NCBI GenBank assembly: GCA_951406725.2
Contig: OX597824.1
Span: forward strand, 3,472,001-3,536,000
DNA from: Octopus vulgaris
Lineage: Eukaryota
Direction of reading: 5' to 3'
Length of the DNA stretch: 64,000 bases
Below the pieces are notes generated by a model. The model had not been told where the DNA came from, searched no databases, and saw only the letters and a list, made by a program, of their open reading frames with translations. The position numbers and the translations under genes were made by a program. Numbering within the stretch: position 1 is the stretch's first letter; the number at the start of each line of letters is the position of its first letter. This document shows positions 1-13,200 of the stretch, in pieces.

Positions 1-301
1 GATTATGGAAAGCTGAGATAAGTGTAATATCATTTCGCCACTTAATCCTTCCCCGCCCACCACCAATCATATTAGCTTCATTATCGTTAGGTTCTTATTG
101 ACCAGTCTTAACTTTGTCCTGGTGATTAGCAAATATATCTTTCTATCCACTTATTACACGATTAACTAGCTGTATGCTCCACATATAAACACACTCACAC
201 ACGTATATACACACACACACATGTATAATTATTTGATGTATGTATGTATGTGTGTGTGTAGATTTATATATACTGGCTGCAACTTGATTTTGAATAATAC
301 C

Positions 302-530
302 TATTTCTTTACTACCCACACGGGGCTAAACATAGAGGGGACAAACAAGGACAGACATAGCTATTAAGTCGATTACATTGACCCAGTGCGTAACTGGTAC
401 TTAATTTATCGACCCCGAAAGGATGAAAGACAAAGTTGGCCTCAGCGGAATTTGAACTCAGAACATAACGGCAGACGAAATACGGCTACGCATTCGCCTG
501 GCATGCTAATACTTCTACCAGCTCGCCGCC
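302..530 (-). mobile_element. tRNA-derived SINE family A (Meta-domain-like), full length
   Basis: Near-identical copies at 25345, 32303, 44410 and 44800. Central gcctttcatcctttcggggtcgataaattaagtaccagt resembles the MetaSINE domain. 14-bp TSD ttttgaataatacc at 288-301 and 531-544. Confidence 0.85.
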
Positions 531-734
531 TTTTGAATAATACCATTATTTGATTGTTCTCTTCCCACATGAGCAGCAAGGAAGTGGTTTTCCAGTTCTG
601 CTTAGGACTTACACCCTATTCCACACAGGTGGTAATGATGGACACCTCTTGCAGCATGTGTTCAGAAAGCTCACCACGCATGTTCCCATCTGCCTTTATT
701 CCATTACGGACATTTTCATGGAGTGCTTTGTTTT

Positions 735-920
735 TTGGGCTGGGTTTCATCAAAATTCTCATGGATGACTTTCACCCTACTGACGGCACATCTATACATG
801 GTTTGTACAGCTTTTACAAGCCGCCACTCATCTATTCTTAACTTCCTCAAAGATCACCAGGTAAAAGAAGAAGAAGAGACTCTGCCAAATTTTTCTCCAG
901 GTCAACAAAATGTGTGAGTG
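735..920 (-). mobile_element. Degraded RTE-clade LINE RT fragment
   Basis: Minus strand reads ...AVQTMYRCAVSRVKVIHENFDE..., like RTE RT sequence; frameshifted. Confidence 0.5.
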
Positions 921-1699
921 AACAAGAAAGAGGCTCTCAACACATTTTGTAAATTTTCACACAAGGCCAGCTGTTTCGCTAAGTCAATTACACTGACCCC
1001 AGTATTCAACTGGTACTTAATTTATTGACCCCCAAAAGGATAAAAGGCAATGTCACCCTCGATAGCATTTGAACTCAGTACCTAAAGACAAATGATAATC
1101 ATAATGATTCTGCCAACTTGCCACTTTAGGTGTTACATATATTATTGTTTAAAGCACTTTGATTTGGATCCATACACCTTAGAATTTTGCCATATTCTTT
1201 AAAGAATATTTCACCTTTAAACTGTTTTCAGTTTTCCCTCTCACTTCTACAAAATGTTGCTGAAGTTTCCATTGCACGATTTCAATTTTGATTCCAAAGA
1301 GTTGATTCTTTGAAGGACAGGAAGTAGCTAGAATCTAGAACAATTAAAATCCCTCTCCACCTGCTCCTTCTTCCTTGCTGTTCACCTGGCACAGCCTGTC
1401 AGGTGTTCACATCATAAACATTTCAACACTGGTCACTGTTAACCCTCTGTTTCAGTTTGGTGCCAAAAATTTCCAGACAGAATTAAAAACCATTTTTCAC
1501 AAAATATCACATTAACCACAAAACAAAACAAAAAAAAATTAAATAAATAATAAACATAGCAATAACTGATTCTCTGAAGTTTCTAGAATTAAGACACGTG
1601 ATAGCATTTATTAAAAATAACCTGACCTTCATTTAGTGCCAAACTCCTTCAAGTTGGTATTAATTACTTAAGATCTTTCGTCAAATATTTCCTGATAAT

Positions 1700-1702
<3 letters not shown>

Positions 1703-1754
<52 letters not shown>
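1703..1754. repeat. (CA)n microsatellite
   Basis: Direct observation. Confidence 0.95.
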
Positions 1755-1758
<4 letters not shown>

Positions 1759-2424
1759 GGGTGACTGAAAAGTCTCTGTAACATTAATATAAACTTATGA
1801 CTGAAGTCTGTTGAGCTTTTCAGTGTACATCTCGTCTTCCTCCCTCTCTCTCTCCATCCCTACCTCACACCTCCCACCTCCTCATCACAACCTCCACCCA
1901 CCCCTACTGCATTAATTATTCCCCACCCCATTCCAATCCCTCACCCACTGTTTATAACTACAGCTCAGGGATTCACATGGCCTTCCAATCATTCTACCAA
2001 TCACCAGATGACGCCATGCAATTTTTTTCTTTTTTATCTTTTGGTCAGGATGGGAGGTGGTGCCTATGACACATTACAGAGCCTTAAAGACTGGTGGAGG
2101 AGTGGGGTGGAAGAATGAAGAAGATATTCTGAAACCAGAGGCCTGGTCTGATTGCCAGCACCAGAATGGACTCTGCAAATGTATCCAAGGTACCATGCGG
2201 TGATGTTAATTTACTAGGGCATGGCAAGATTTGAACACAGGATCCAAAGGGCCAAAGCAAATACCGCAAAGCATCTGGTCTGATATTGTTCCGCCAATCC
2301 ACAGCCTTGGATTGTGTTTTTTTGTCAACCCTGAACAGACGAAAGGTAAAGTTGACCTCAGTAGGACTTGGACTCAAAGTGCAGAAAGTCACAACAAATA
2401 CCACAAACCATTCTGTCCAACACC

Positions 2425-2652
2425 TTAACTCTTTCATTGCCGTATTTTTTTTAAGATGCTCCGTATTTCTTTCAATTACTTTGAATATAACAAAGAATTT
2501 AGTAAAATAACTTAGTTATCATTCAGCTAGTGTTAGGAACATAAATTGTGACTCAGGCTTGGTGGAAGATTTTAATTCAAAACTTATGAAAATAAGACAT
2601 TTGTACTCAGAGCCAGAGCCGGTTTCAGTCGGGTTGGTAACAAAAGGGTTAA
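2425..2652 (-). mobile_element. piggyBac-like MITE (TTAA-flanked)
   Basis: TTAA at both ends, terminal inverted repeats ctctttcattgcc / ggtaacaaaaggg; reverse-complement copy at 6447-6678. Confidence 0.75.
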
Positions 2653-3767
2653 TGATGTCATCACTTTAATATGTGAATTAAACGAACCCCATTCACCATT
2701 ATTGGACAGGGTTATCATTATGCTGTGACATTTTTAGGACAATAAATATTACTTTTAATAATGACATTTTTCTGAAATATCATCCTCATCATCAACATTT
2801 AACGTCTCTTTTCCATGCTGGCATGGGTTGGACAGTTTGATAGGAGCTGGAAAGCCAGGGAAACTGCATGAAGCTGTATTGCTTACTTTGGTACGGTTTT
2901 TATGATGGGGTGCCCTTCTTAATGCCAACCCCTTTTGCAGGGTGTTCAAAGGGTGCATTTCACATGTTCATTGGTTTCTTATTTTTCTGAAATATATTAA
3001 CAGTAAATACATGAAAATATATTCAAAAGCAAAAAAGAGCATCTTATATATGATTGAGACATGAGTATAGTGAGATGCGGGCATTGCAGTATGATTGAAG
3101 AGGCTCACTTGGCAGCACTGTGGTTTCAGGTTCAGTCCCACTGTATGGCACCTTGGATGAGTGTCTACTACTATTGCCTTGGACCAGGAACAGAAACTGA
3201 AAAGAAGCCTGTCGTGTGTGTACATGGGTGTGTAAGTGCCTTTTGTCTTGACATCATGTGGAATTGTAAATGAGCATCCCTGTCATACAAGCAGTGTCTA
3301 TCTTAACTATTGTGAAGCCACAGGGAAATATTACCTTACTTAGAAACGGGTGACGGTTGGTGACAGGAAGAACATCTGACCACATAAAAATCTGCTTCAA
3401 TGAATTCTCTGTGACTCACATAAGCATAGAAAAGTGGAAGTTAAAAGATGATGAAAATGGTGATGGTGGTGGTAATGTGAAGGAGGAGGAAGACTTCACA
3501 AATCCAGAATGTCCCCAGCATAAAGTCAGGTACTCTCTTTCATCTGTTGTTTTCCTGCCAACTGTTTCCCCAGAATTAACGCATTTATACTCATATCATA
3601 TTCATTAATTTCACCCACTTTCCAACAATTTTACTGGGAACAAGAATTTCCCTTTTTTCTCTCAATTTCTATCTCAAAATCAATTTCATGTGAAACCCCA
3701 TTATTTTTCTTTTAATTCGTTCTCATAAGGTTCTCTTATCTGCTACCCTTGTGACAAAATATAGAAA

Positions 3768-3900
3768 TTATCATCGTCATCATCATCATCATCATTATTA
3801 CTATTGTCGTCATCATCATTATCATTATCATCATCATCATTGTCATCATCATCATCATTATCATTATCATCAATTCTATTATTATTGCTACTATTATTGC
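3768..3900. repeat. (CAT/ATT)n compound microsatellite
   Basis: Direct observation. Confidence 0.9.
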
Positions 3901-4417
3901 TAAGGCAACAAGCTTGCAGCATCGTCCAATGTCAGACAAAATGCTTTGTGGTATTTCTTTTCACACTTTATGTTCTGCACTCAAATCTTACTGAGATCAA
4001 ATTCACCTTCCATCCTCTGCGGATGAGGTTGATAAAATAATGTTCTGGTCAAGAAATGCAGTCAATGCAAACAGGCTTATTTCCTCCTCTCGAAATTTCT
4101 GCTTTTGGGCCAAAATTACAGAGAATTTTATTATTTTATGTTTTGGCTTAAGTGTCTACGAGTTGCATCCAACTCTCAACAAAGAACTGCAGCAAGGCTT
4201 TGCATTGGAAGATGCCAGCAGGTGAGGAGCACCATGCAATTGAAAACACTGATGTTTGCAAGAGAAAGCAAAAACAGAGTGAGAAAGGTTGTATTTACTC
4301 CGAGAGGAATTTATGTAGAATATGTAAGGAACCCATTGAAGGATCTTTTGTAATTTGTTTATTTGGGGGGCTGCCAGGGATTTCGTCGACATATTTGTTT
4401 GCTGTTCCTGATATCAT

Positions 4418-4690
4418 TCTCTGTATTATTATTATTATTATTATCATTATTATCATTATTATTATTATTTTTATCATTATTATTATTAAGGCAGTGAGAT
4501 GGCAGAAATGCTTGGCAGCATTTCATCCATCTCCACATTCTGAGTTCAAATTCCACCAAAGTTGACCTTGCCTTTCATCTTTTCTGGGTTGATAAATTAA
4601 GTACCAGTTGCATTCTGGGGTCAATGGGATTGACTAATACCCCTCCCCCATAATTTCAGGCCTTATGCCTATAGTGGAAAGGATGTTACT
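4418..4690 (+). mobile_element. (ATT)n tract followed by diverged SINE family A variant
   Basis: gagttcaaattccacc...cttgcctttcatc...taagtaccagtt motif as in family A. Confidence 0.7.
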
Positions 4691-5004
4691 AAAGATGTTG
4701 CGCAGTAACCAATATCGTAGTGTTGTTAATTGAAGACATTGTGTGTTGCAGGGGTTTTGTTCTGTTTTCAATTTCTTGATCCCTTCATTTACTAAGCTTG
4801 TCAAATTCCCTGACAGGTATATTCTTATCGATGGGGACACATATCTATCAGTTTGATAGTTTCAGGTGAGTTTCTTCATCATCGTGTGTCTTTATGTTCC
4901 TGACATGTATGCAACATGGTGTTCTCATTTTTGTGGGGGATTGATAAAGTGTAGACTTCTTCCAGTGGTGTACTGCATCAGCCCCTTTTAGTACGGGGCT
5001 TAGT

Positions 5005-5240
5005 TTCTTTAGATCATCATAGTTGTTTATTTTTCCTTCTTCTTTCACATTGATCCTGTTGTCCCTGGGACATGCTATGTCGATTATCATGCAAGTTCTT
5101 TCTTTTTTATTCACCACAACAATGTCTGGTTTCCAATGTCAGGTGATCATACTGGATCATTGCATCCCACAGGATTTTGCAATACTCATTTTCAGTGACT
5201 CCTTTTGGAGTTTTCTCATACCACATCTTTGCTCATATTA
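5005..5240 (-). mobile_element. R4/Dong-like LINE fragment (restriction-like endonuclease)
   Basis: Minus strand PDIVVVNKKERTCMIIDIACPRDNRINVKEEGKINNYDDLK, homologous to 55401-55763. Confidence 0.8.
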
Positions 5241-5354
5241 TTATCATTATTCAGTAGTTTTATTTTTATAACGTGCTTTCACTGCACTATCAAGCGCAGG
5301 TCTGTGTGCCTTGAGTATGTGCTGTGGTTTGTTGTGATGCTCTTATTTTTATTC

Positions 5355-5434
5355 TACTACTACTGCTGCTACTACTACTACTACTACTGCTGCTGCTGCT
5401 ATTACTACTGCTGCTGCTGCTGCTGCTACTATTA
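5355..5434. repeat. (CTA/CTG)n microsatellite
   Basis: Direct observation. Confidence 0.9.
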
Positions 5435-5812
5435 GTACATGTTTTCGAAGCATACACACATGTGTTTATTTCTAGTTGGACTATGTCTAGCATTATCAAA
5501 TGGAATTTTCTTTCCTATAAAGTATTATAACACTCCAAGGAATGCCTGTTCTTGATAGCCAGGGGCACACAATTAAAAAGAAGTTTTGTTTCCACAGGAT
5601 TTTTATATATTTACATAAATGACATTTTCTCCATCAAAATAGTAACCAAACAAAAATATGGTGCCCAACCAAATATTACCACTGCTAAAAAGGACAAAAC
5701 TACACAGAAACAAAATACAAAACTGAATGAGTAAAAGAGGGAAGAAAAAATGTTTGAATATTCCAAATGTTTTAACAGATAGTTTTGAAGACAATGATAG
5801 TAACAACAGCAA

Positions 5813-5886
5813 CAATATTAGCTCTCTAAATCACTCATAGAAATATCTGCAATATTAGCTCTCTAAATCACTCATAGAAATATCTG
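5813..5886. repeat. Exact 37-bp tandem duplication
   Basis: caatattagctctctaaatcactcatagaaatatctg x2. Confidence 0.95.
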
Positions 5887-6446
5887 TGTTAAAGATACTC
5901 AAGTTAAACAAAAACCGAACACATAGAATATTTAGACTCAATAAAATCCCAAGAAAATAAAGAATTGAGAAAATTGTGTGAAATCAAATTGTGTTTCTTT
6001 GTTACGAGATCTGGTCCTGAAGAGAACAAAGAAACATTTTGTATCAGTATTTTAGAAAAAATGGTAGAAAACAGAATTTGTTTCCATCACAAGAATAATA
6101 AGCTCTTGAAAATATCTTGGAAGAAATTCTCTCAACAAAAAAAGATAAAAGTCATGGTGCTATTTGTTGTATTTTCAAGACTAAAAACTTTGTCAAAACA
6201 CAGACTAAAATTGTTCGGCAAATCCTTGTGCCCCACTGCATGGAGCAAAGCAGTGACAATGAAAGACAACAGAAACCTTGCACATTAGTTGTTGGTTCTT
6301 CACTCTGAAATTGCAATCTGCAAAAATGGTTAAAGCAAGGCTGCAAAGATTCATGGAATCAAAGGACATCAAAATAAATTTACAAATCTAATCCCCAAAG
6401 GCCAAAAAGTAAATGTGCTTAGTTCGGGGTGCCAAGATGAAAGGCC

Positions 6447-6678
6447 TTAACCCTTTCGTTACCAAACTGGCTGAAACCGGCTCTGGCTCTTTAGTATAAA
6501 TGTCTTGTTTTCATAAGTTCTGAATTAAAATCTTCCACCAAACCTTAGTTAAAATTTATGTTCCTAACACTAGCTTACTGATAACGAAGTTAATTTTACT
6601 AAATTCTTTGTTATATTTAAAATTAATTGAAAGAAACACAGAGCATCGCAAAATAAATACAGTAATGAAAGGCCTTAA
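6447..6678 (+). mobile_element. piggyBac-like MITE (TTAA-flanked)
   Basis: ttaaccctttcgttacc...gtaatgaaaggccttaa; homologous to 2425-2652. Confidence 0.75.
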
Positions 6679-8996
6679 ATGATCCTGAGCAAACTGGCAA
6701 ATTACTAAATTTGCCAAACTGTAGTTTCTGCAAACTATGTTTCTACAAACCAGGTGGCAGCATTAGGTACTTAGGTTACCCTATTAGGTACTATCAAGTA
6801 GATTACAGTATTAGTTGCTGTAAACTAGTTTACAAGGGATTAGGTCATGGTATAAGGTACTGAATATACTAGGTCACAGTATTAGGGATTGTACAGTTTT
6901 GGTCTCTGTATTTGGTATTGTAAACCATATTTATAGCTTTAGGGAGAGTGTGTAAAATAGGTACGTGAATGAGGTTTTCTCTATCAGGAGTGCATCCAAC
7001 CATCAAATTGTTTCAAGATTTCTCACCCAATACTGTTTAACATAGAAGATGTAGACATAAAGAGAATACCAATGAGAATGGCAACAACATCCCAACTTTA
7101 CCATTATCAAAATGGTGTTTGGAACATAGCAAAATGTAAGTTAGAAAGTGGCCTTACGTAAATATTATCTTGGGAGGGAGATTACAATTTATATACAAAC
7201 ATTTTAAAACAAGATGCTTATCTCATAAAACCAGACATGGCCTTATGTGGTTTAAGAGAAGAAAAGAAAAAGGATTAATGTTGTTGCCAGAGCTAAGGAC
7301 AGGAGTGTTGCTTGATCTGCTAGAAATAGCCTCCACACTTCTTTAAAATCACACATTTTACCTTAAAGAAGGAAGAACTGCTTTTACTAACTGTTTTAAG
7401 TGCCTATGAAGAGACAAGCTGACATAAATACCTTCTCAGATTTCTGACCCATTAACCAAATGGGTTATTGAACACGGGAGATCATGAGCAAGAGGGGCTG
7501 CCCTAGATCTGGGCTGGTTGTCATTTTCACTTGAGTACATTGGAGCAATATGAAATAAGTGCCTTGCTCAGAGATTCAATGCATTGCCCAGGCCAGGAAT
7601 TGAACCATGATTGTGAGCTCAAGATCCTGACCACTAGGCCACAAAGATTGAAATGAATGTAGTGGTCAATAAAGATTCTTGTATCTTCTGTTTTCTGTGA
7701 CCCAGACCTTTGGTGATATGCCGTGCTTGAGAAGACTGACGTCCATGCAGTGGCTCATAAAAAGCACCCATCACACTTTTGCAGTGGTTGCCGTTAGGAA
7801 GGGCATCCAGCTATAGAAACCACATCAAATCAGATTGGAACCTGGTGCGATAGCTTACCAGTTTTAATCAAACTGTCTGACCCATATCAGCATAGAAAAC
7901 AGATGCTAAATGATGATGATGATGATGATGATGATGCATGTATTTATAGGTAAAGCCATCCTTGATATTAGAAAGAGCATCGTTGATGTTAAAAAGGGGC
8001 ATCCAGTCATAAGAAACCATACCGAAACAGACCTTGGAACTCAACACAGCCCTCCAGCTCTTCAGGTCCTGTCAAACTGCCCAAACCATACCATCCTGGA
8101 AAGCAGACATTAAATAATGAAGACAGCCATGTTGTATGTTTTCATGGAGGTGTGTGTTTGTGTCTCTTTGGGACAACAGAGGATGGACACGAATGAGAGT
8201 ACAAGTGTGGCCATAGAAATATCTGCCCTGATGTATTCTGTCTGACCCATGTAATCATGGAAAAGTGACCATTCAAATAATGATGATGTTGACAATGATG
8301 ATGATGATGATGATGACATCAATGGATGTAAAAAGCCTGAGCCAATTCCTCCAAGAGTTCTGTCTGACCCTGTAATGAGTCAAGAACGTATCAATCACAA
8401 AGTAATTTCCATATCAGAATCACCAAATTTCGCCACCCCACCCCATCCCCCCGGGGGAGCGTATTTTCCGCCCATTTTAAGAATTACCAATCTGAACCAA
8501 TTGGGAATTCTCAATAACCAAAAAGCTACATCATCATCAACATCACCATCAACATCAACAACAGCAATAACATCTATTTTAGAAATTACTTTGAAATGTC
8601 AAACAGCTGTTATTAAAAAATTATTTTATTGAAAAGTCAAAGAAATATTCTACAGTCCAGTTATTTCCTCATCTTGGAATACAAATAGCTGTTGTTGTTG
8701 TTGTTGTTGTTTTCGTTGTTGTTGTTTTCGTTGTTGTTGCTGTTGTTGTTGTTGGTGGTGGTGGTGGTGGGGTGGGTGTTGTGTTTTTCTTCTTGTCATT
8801 CCTTCCTTTTTCTGTTATTACTACAACACACTTTGGTTCTGTCTTTACATCATCAACTCAGAGTGTTATGGATTGTTTGTAATAGATATTCTTTTTCTGC
8901 TTTTTTTCTGTAATGATATTTTCCTTCATCATATTAAACTTTCACACTTACACACTATGACATGTATACACACACACACACGTCTATGTATATATA

Positions 8997-9263
8997 TCAT
9001 CATCATCGTTTAACGTCTGCTTTCCATGCTAGCATGGGTTGGACGGTTCGACCGGGGTCTGGGAAACCAGGAGGCTGCACCAGGCTCCAGTCTTGATCTG
9101 GCAGTGTTTCCACAGCTGGATGCCCTTCCTAACACCAACCACCCCAAGAGTGTAGTGGGTGCTTTTTACGTACCACCGGCACAAATATCACAATTGCAAT
9201 TTCCATCTGATATTTATTTTGATGTTGATGTACTTGACTCAATAGGTCTCCTCAAGCACAGCA
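8997..9263 (-). mobile_element. Non-autonomous RTE-related retroelement/SINE family B
   Basis: More than 12 copies in the window. Contains ggcgttaggaagggcatccagctgtagaaa and a 3' end catggaaagcggacgttaaac(gat)n like RTE tails. Confidence 0.8.
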
Positions 9264-9562
9264 TATATTATATATATATATATATATATATAGGTGCATG
9301 TATTGAATGTATGTATATTTAATCTTTCCTTTCTGCAAATCTTCATTGAATGTTATTACAGTTCCATCCCACCCCACCCTCTCCCAACGTTTGTTTTCTC
9401 TTCCTCTCACACATTCTTTGATTGCAAAGATTTTCAGAATGATGTGATACCAAAAACAATATTTCTACATCATTACTATCTTTGGTCAGTCTTGTATGTA
9501 ATTACTTTCAAGGCACTTTGTTCAAAGATATATATATATATATGTGCATGTATATGCAATTT

Positions 9563-9602
<40 letters not shown>

Positions 9603-9692
9603 GCCTGGTGCAGCCATCTGGTTTGCCAGCCCTCAGTCAAAATCGTCCAACCCATGCTAGCATGGAAAGTGGACGTTAAATGATGATGATGA

Positions 9693-9737
<45 letters not shown>

Positions 9738-9761
9738 CATTTTCCTTTTTTCCTTCTTTGG

Positions 9762-10218
9762 ACACTAAACTCTGCTTGCGAAGACCTGTTGAGGCAAGTG
9801 AAATCAAAATCAAATTCGATGACTGACATCCATGCTAGTGGAGTGCCAAGAGCACCATGCGAGCATGATCGTTACCAGAGCGGCTAACTGGCTTCCATGC
9901 CAGTGGCACATAAAAGGGCACCAATTCGAGCATAATCGTTACCAGCGTCACCTTACTGGCACCTGTGCCAGTAGCATGTGTAAAAAGATTTAAGCGAGGT
10001 CATTGCTAGTACCACCTGACCGGCCCCCGTGCCGGTGGCACGTAAAAAGCATCCACTACACTCTCGGAGTGGTTGGCATTAGGAAGGGCATCCAGCTGTA
10101 GAAACTCTGCCAGATCAAGATTGGAGCCTGGTGCAGCCATCTGGTTTGCCAGCCCTCAGTCAAAATCGTCCAACCCATGCTAGCATGGAAAGCGGACGTT
10201 AAACAATGATGATGATGA
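9762..10218 (+). mobile_element. Family B element with reiterated 5' modules
   Basis: Repeated gtgccggtggcacgtaaaaagcacc-type modules, then the family B body and (GAT)n tail. Confidence 0.8.
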
Positions 10219-10476
10219 TACAAAATAATACATTGTGTCAACGACTCTGGAAACTGTCATACTTTCAGGTACAAGTGTCAACTTATGTGCTGAACTAACC
10301 TTTATTTCACAGAATGCATACTTTGTGTCTGTGATGTCCTTCTCATTTCATTAGCAAATCATTAATTAAGACAAAAGCAAACCACAAGCATAATACCCAA
10401 ACTGGAATAACACACACACAATCAAACATATGCACATATGCTGTTGATGTAACCATGATGTTCTGGTGATTTGATG

Positions 10477-10478
<2 letters not shown>

Positions 10479-10542
<64 letters not shown>

Positions 10543-10605
10543 CCTTTGCTATCTGTCTGTGTGACTCTTTATGAATGTATGTATGTATGTGTGTATGTAT
10601 GTATG

Positions 10606-10639
<34 letters not shown>

Positions 10640-10687
10640 TGTATGTATGTATGTATGTGTGTGTATGTATGTATGTATGTATGTATG

Positions 10688-10721
<34 letters not shown>

Positions 10722-10883
10722 TGTATGTATGTGTATGTATGTATGTATGTATGTATGTATGTATGTATGTATGTATGTATGTATGTATGTATGTATGTAT
10801 GTATGTATGTATGTATGTATGTATGTATGTATGTATGTATGTATGTGTGTATGTATGTATGTATGTATGTATGTGTGTATGTA
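10479..10883. repeat. (CT)n, (CTAT)n and long (TATG)n microsatellites
   Basis: Direct observation; explains the YVCM/HTYI ORFs. Confidence 0.95.
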
Positions 10884-11102
10884 AATTGAGGGAATGGAGC
10901 GGGCAAAATTCAGTTTTTTTACCAGCTTATTGGATTTCATTATGGGAAAAATCTACAATCTTCTTCACCAATGAACTATTATTGTTTCTGAAAGTTGTTT
11001 TTCTTTTTATATCACCCATGGACTGCTTGAAACTTACCAGCATCCCACACCTAAATCCTTGGATCTTACAATTACATATCATCATATATATATATATATA
11101 TA

Positions 11103-11493
11103 TACTCTTTTACTCTTTTACTTATTTCAGTCATTTGACTGCGGCCATGCTGGAGCACCGCCTTTAGTCGAGCAAATCAACCCCGGAACTTATTCTTTGT
11201 AAGGCCAGTACTTATTCTATCGGTCTCTTTTGCCGAACCGCTAAGTGACGGGGACGTAAACACACCAGCATCGGTTGTCAAGCAACGCTAGGGGGACAAA
11301 CACAGACACACAAACACATATATATATATACGACAGGCTACTTTCAGTTTCCGTCTACCAAATCCACTCACAAGGCATTGGTCGGCCCGGGGTTATAGCA
11401 GAAGACACTTGCTCAAGATGCCACGCAGTGGGACTGAACCCGGAACCATGTGGTTGGTTAGCAAGCTACTTACCACACAGCCACTCCTGTGCC
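11103..11493 (-). mobile_element. tRNA-derived SINE family C (CORE-like), full length, in (TA)n
   Basis: Minus strand: tRNA-like head ggctgtgtggtaag...gggttcagtccc, CORE-like cttgagcaagtgtcttc, tail (aagagtaa) repeats; second copy at 21697-22070. Confidence 0.8.
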
Positions 11494-11515
11494 TATATAT
11501 ATATATATATATATA

Positions 11516-11766
11516 AGTTCAGCAAAATTTAGATTCAGATGAATATGGTACTTAAGTTAAAGGCACCAGTATGGTATTATCCATATAAATCAAATGGGGT
11601 GATTATAATCAAAATAAGCAACAAGGATATCCAAGGTATATCTATATGTGGTTGAAGATTGCTCGACATTTTAAAACTGATGTAATACTTACAGTGTTTA
11701 ATAAAAGGAAGTAGCATGAAACGATTGTACTACATTACCTTGGATATCCTTGTTGCTTATTTTGAT
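11516..11766 (+). mobile_element. Penelope pLTR-like short element with partial fold-back
   Basis: 31-bp inverted repeat 11608-11638 / 11736-11766; homologous copy at 52644-52820; flanked by (TA)n. Confidence 0.65.
11646..11735 (+). ncRNA. Hammerhead-like motif with long stem II insertion (degenerate)
   Basis: atgtgg-TTGAAGA-t-tgct...agca-t-GAAA-cgattg-TA-ctacat; the sister copy at 52676-52763 has CTGAAGA. Confidence 0.55.
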
Positions 11767-11826
<60 letters not shown>

Positions 11827-11839
11827 CTTATTCAATTGT

Positions 11840-11880
<41 letters not shown>

Positions 11881-11884
<4 letters not shown>

Positions 11885-12084
11885 ACCGCGTGTGTACCGT
11901 TGGCGAATTTTTTTCCTCTGTCTTCCCTTCTCTGAATCTTTCCTTCTCCTATGTTTCTGATGAAGAGCTCCGCTCGAAACAATAAACCCTCCTTCTTTCC
12001 TTCTTTCCTGAGCGTCCAATAATACTATATTTGTTCCACGTCCTCGCGTTGTTGTGTTTTTTTGTGTTTTCTTGTTTGGATTAG

Positions 12085-12086
<2 letters not shown>
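11881..12086 (+). mobile_element. Penelope pLTR-like short element carrying a minimal hammerhead
   Basis: Homologous to 33672-33858; in (TA)n. Confidence 0.7.
11953..11987 (+). ncRNA. Minimal type I hammerhead, mutated at stem III/cleavage site
   Basis: GTTT-CTGATGA-A-GAGC-tcc-GCTC-GAAA-caat-AAAC; the intact version has cgtt. Confidence 0.6.
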
Positions 12087-12143
<57 letters not shown>

Positions 12144-12839
12144 CACATAATTTGTATCCCACTGTAACACCACTGCCTGACCCTTGGGTGCTTTTAGCAG
12201 AATCCACTCTGTCAGAGCCATTCATACTGGTTCTGTAATCAGAGGAAAACTTTTTTCCTTGTTCCATTAATCTCAGAGACCCTGGAACCCTCATGTACAC
12301 TGCTTTTCCCCCTCTGACTGATGGATTGAAAAGTGAAGCAGAAAAGTGATAAAATTGCATAAAAGTGCCATCTTTTATGCAGCATTATGCATGCTGTGGA
12401 GTTTAGGCTTTTAGATTTTTCTAGGATATTTTTTCCACATCAGAGAGGTGTTATTTGCAAATTCAAACCTGGTTCCATTCAGGGTTTTTTTTATTGCATA
12501 TCAAAAATTATTATTTTTTTTTTTTTTCCTTTCAGAAACTATTAATTGTAGCCATGAATTTATTGGTTAACTCTTTTGATGCCAAATCACTTGAGACTAA
12601 ATTTGGTTCTATGATGCAAACTTGTCCATTTTAAAGTATTTATATGCATGTTGAAAAAACAGAACTTTCATCATTATTGCATGAACTAGAATATTTTTGA
12701 AGTTAGATTCTATCCCAAACACCACCTTTATACTGACAAAATTTTTGACAAAATGTTAGTTATTTTGATAAATTCCTCCAAATTCTTTACAGCACAGAGA
12801 CATTCTAGACTGCATCTAAAAAAGGACCACTTGACTGAT

Positions 12840-13200
12840 TAGCATAAAATTCCTCATAGACATACTCTAGCCCCTAACTCACGGGTATAATGTCTTCTCA
12901 GAACTGGCAGTCTATGAACTTGTACCATCTCTACTCAGACATTTCTAACCCACATATCTTTCGTCCCCTCATCACCCCTGTTGTGTCCAACCCCAACCCC
13001 TACAAAGCCCTGCAATACTCACGACATCTAGTATTTCCTTCTCTCTGCAATTCATTCTCTGCTCATGTCTTTTTCCCATGGGTTTTCACTTACAAAAGTT
13101 CAAGAGGAACATTACTAGTATCACCCTCTCTAGTCTCGTAGGCCATGGGCACTGTCCCCTCTTTTAGACCCAGTAACAAAACAAAAAATAAATAAATCAA
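12840..13200 (+). mobile_element. Degraded CR1/L2-like LINE 3' end
   Basis: Broken frames resemble ...FPSLCNSFSAHVF...LQKFKRNI, followed by an A-rich tail. Confidence 0.4.

Noticed and set aside
1756-1830. mariner-like TIR tacagggtgactgaaaagtc
   Set aside because: The partner end is too degraded to define an element.
10471-11167. Long ORFs (up to 198 aa)
   Set aside because: They are translations of the (TATG)n microsatellite.
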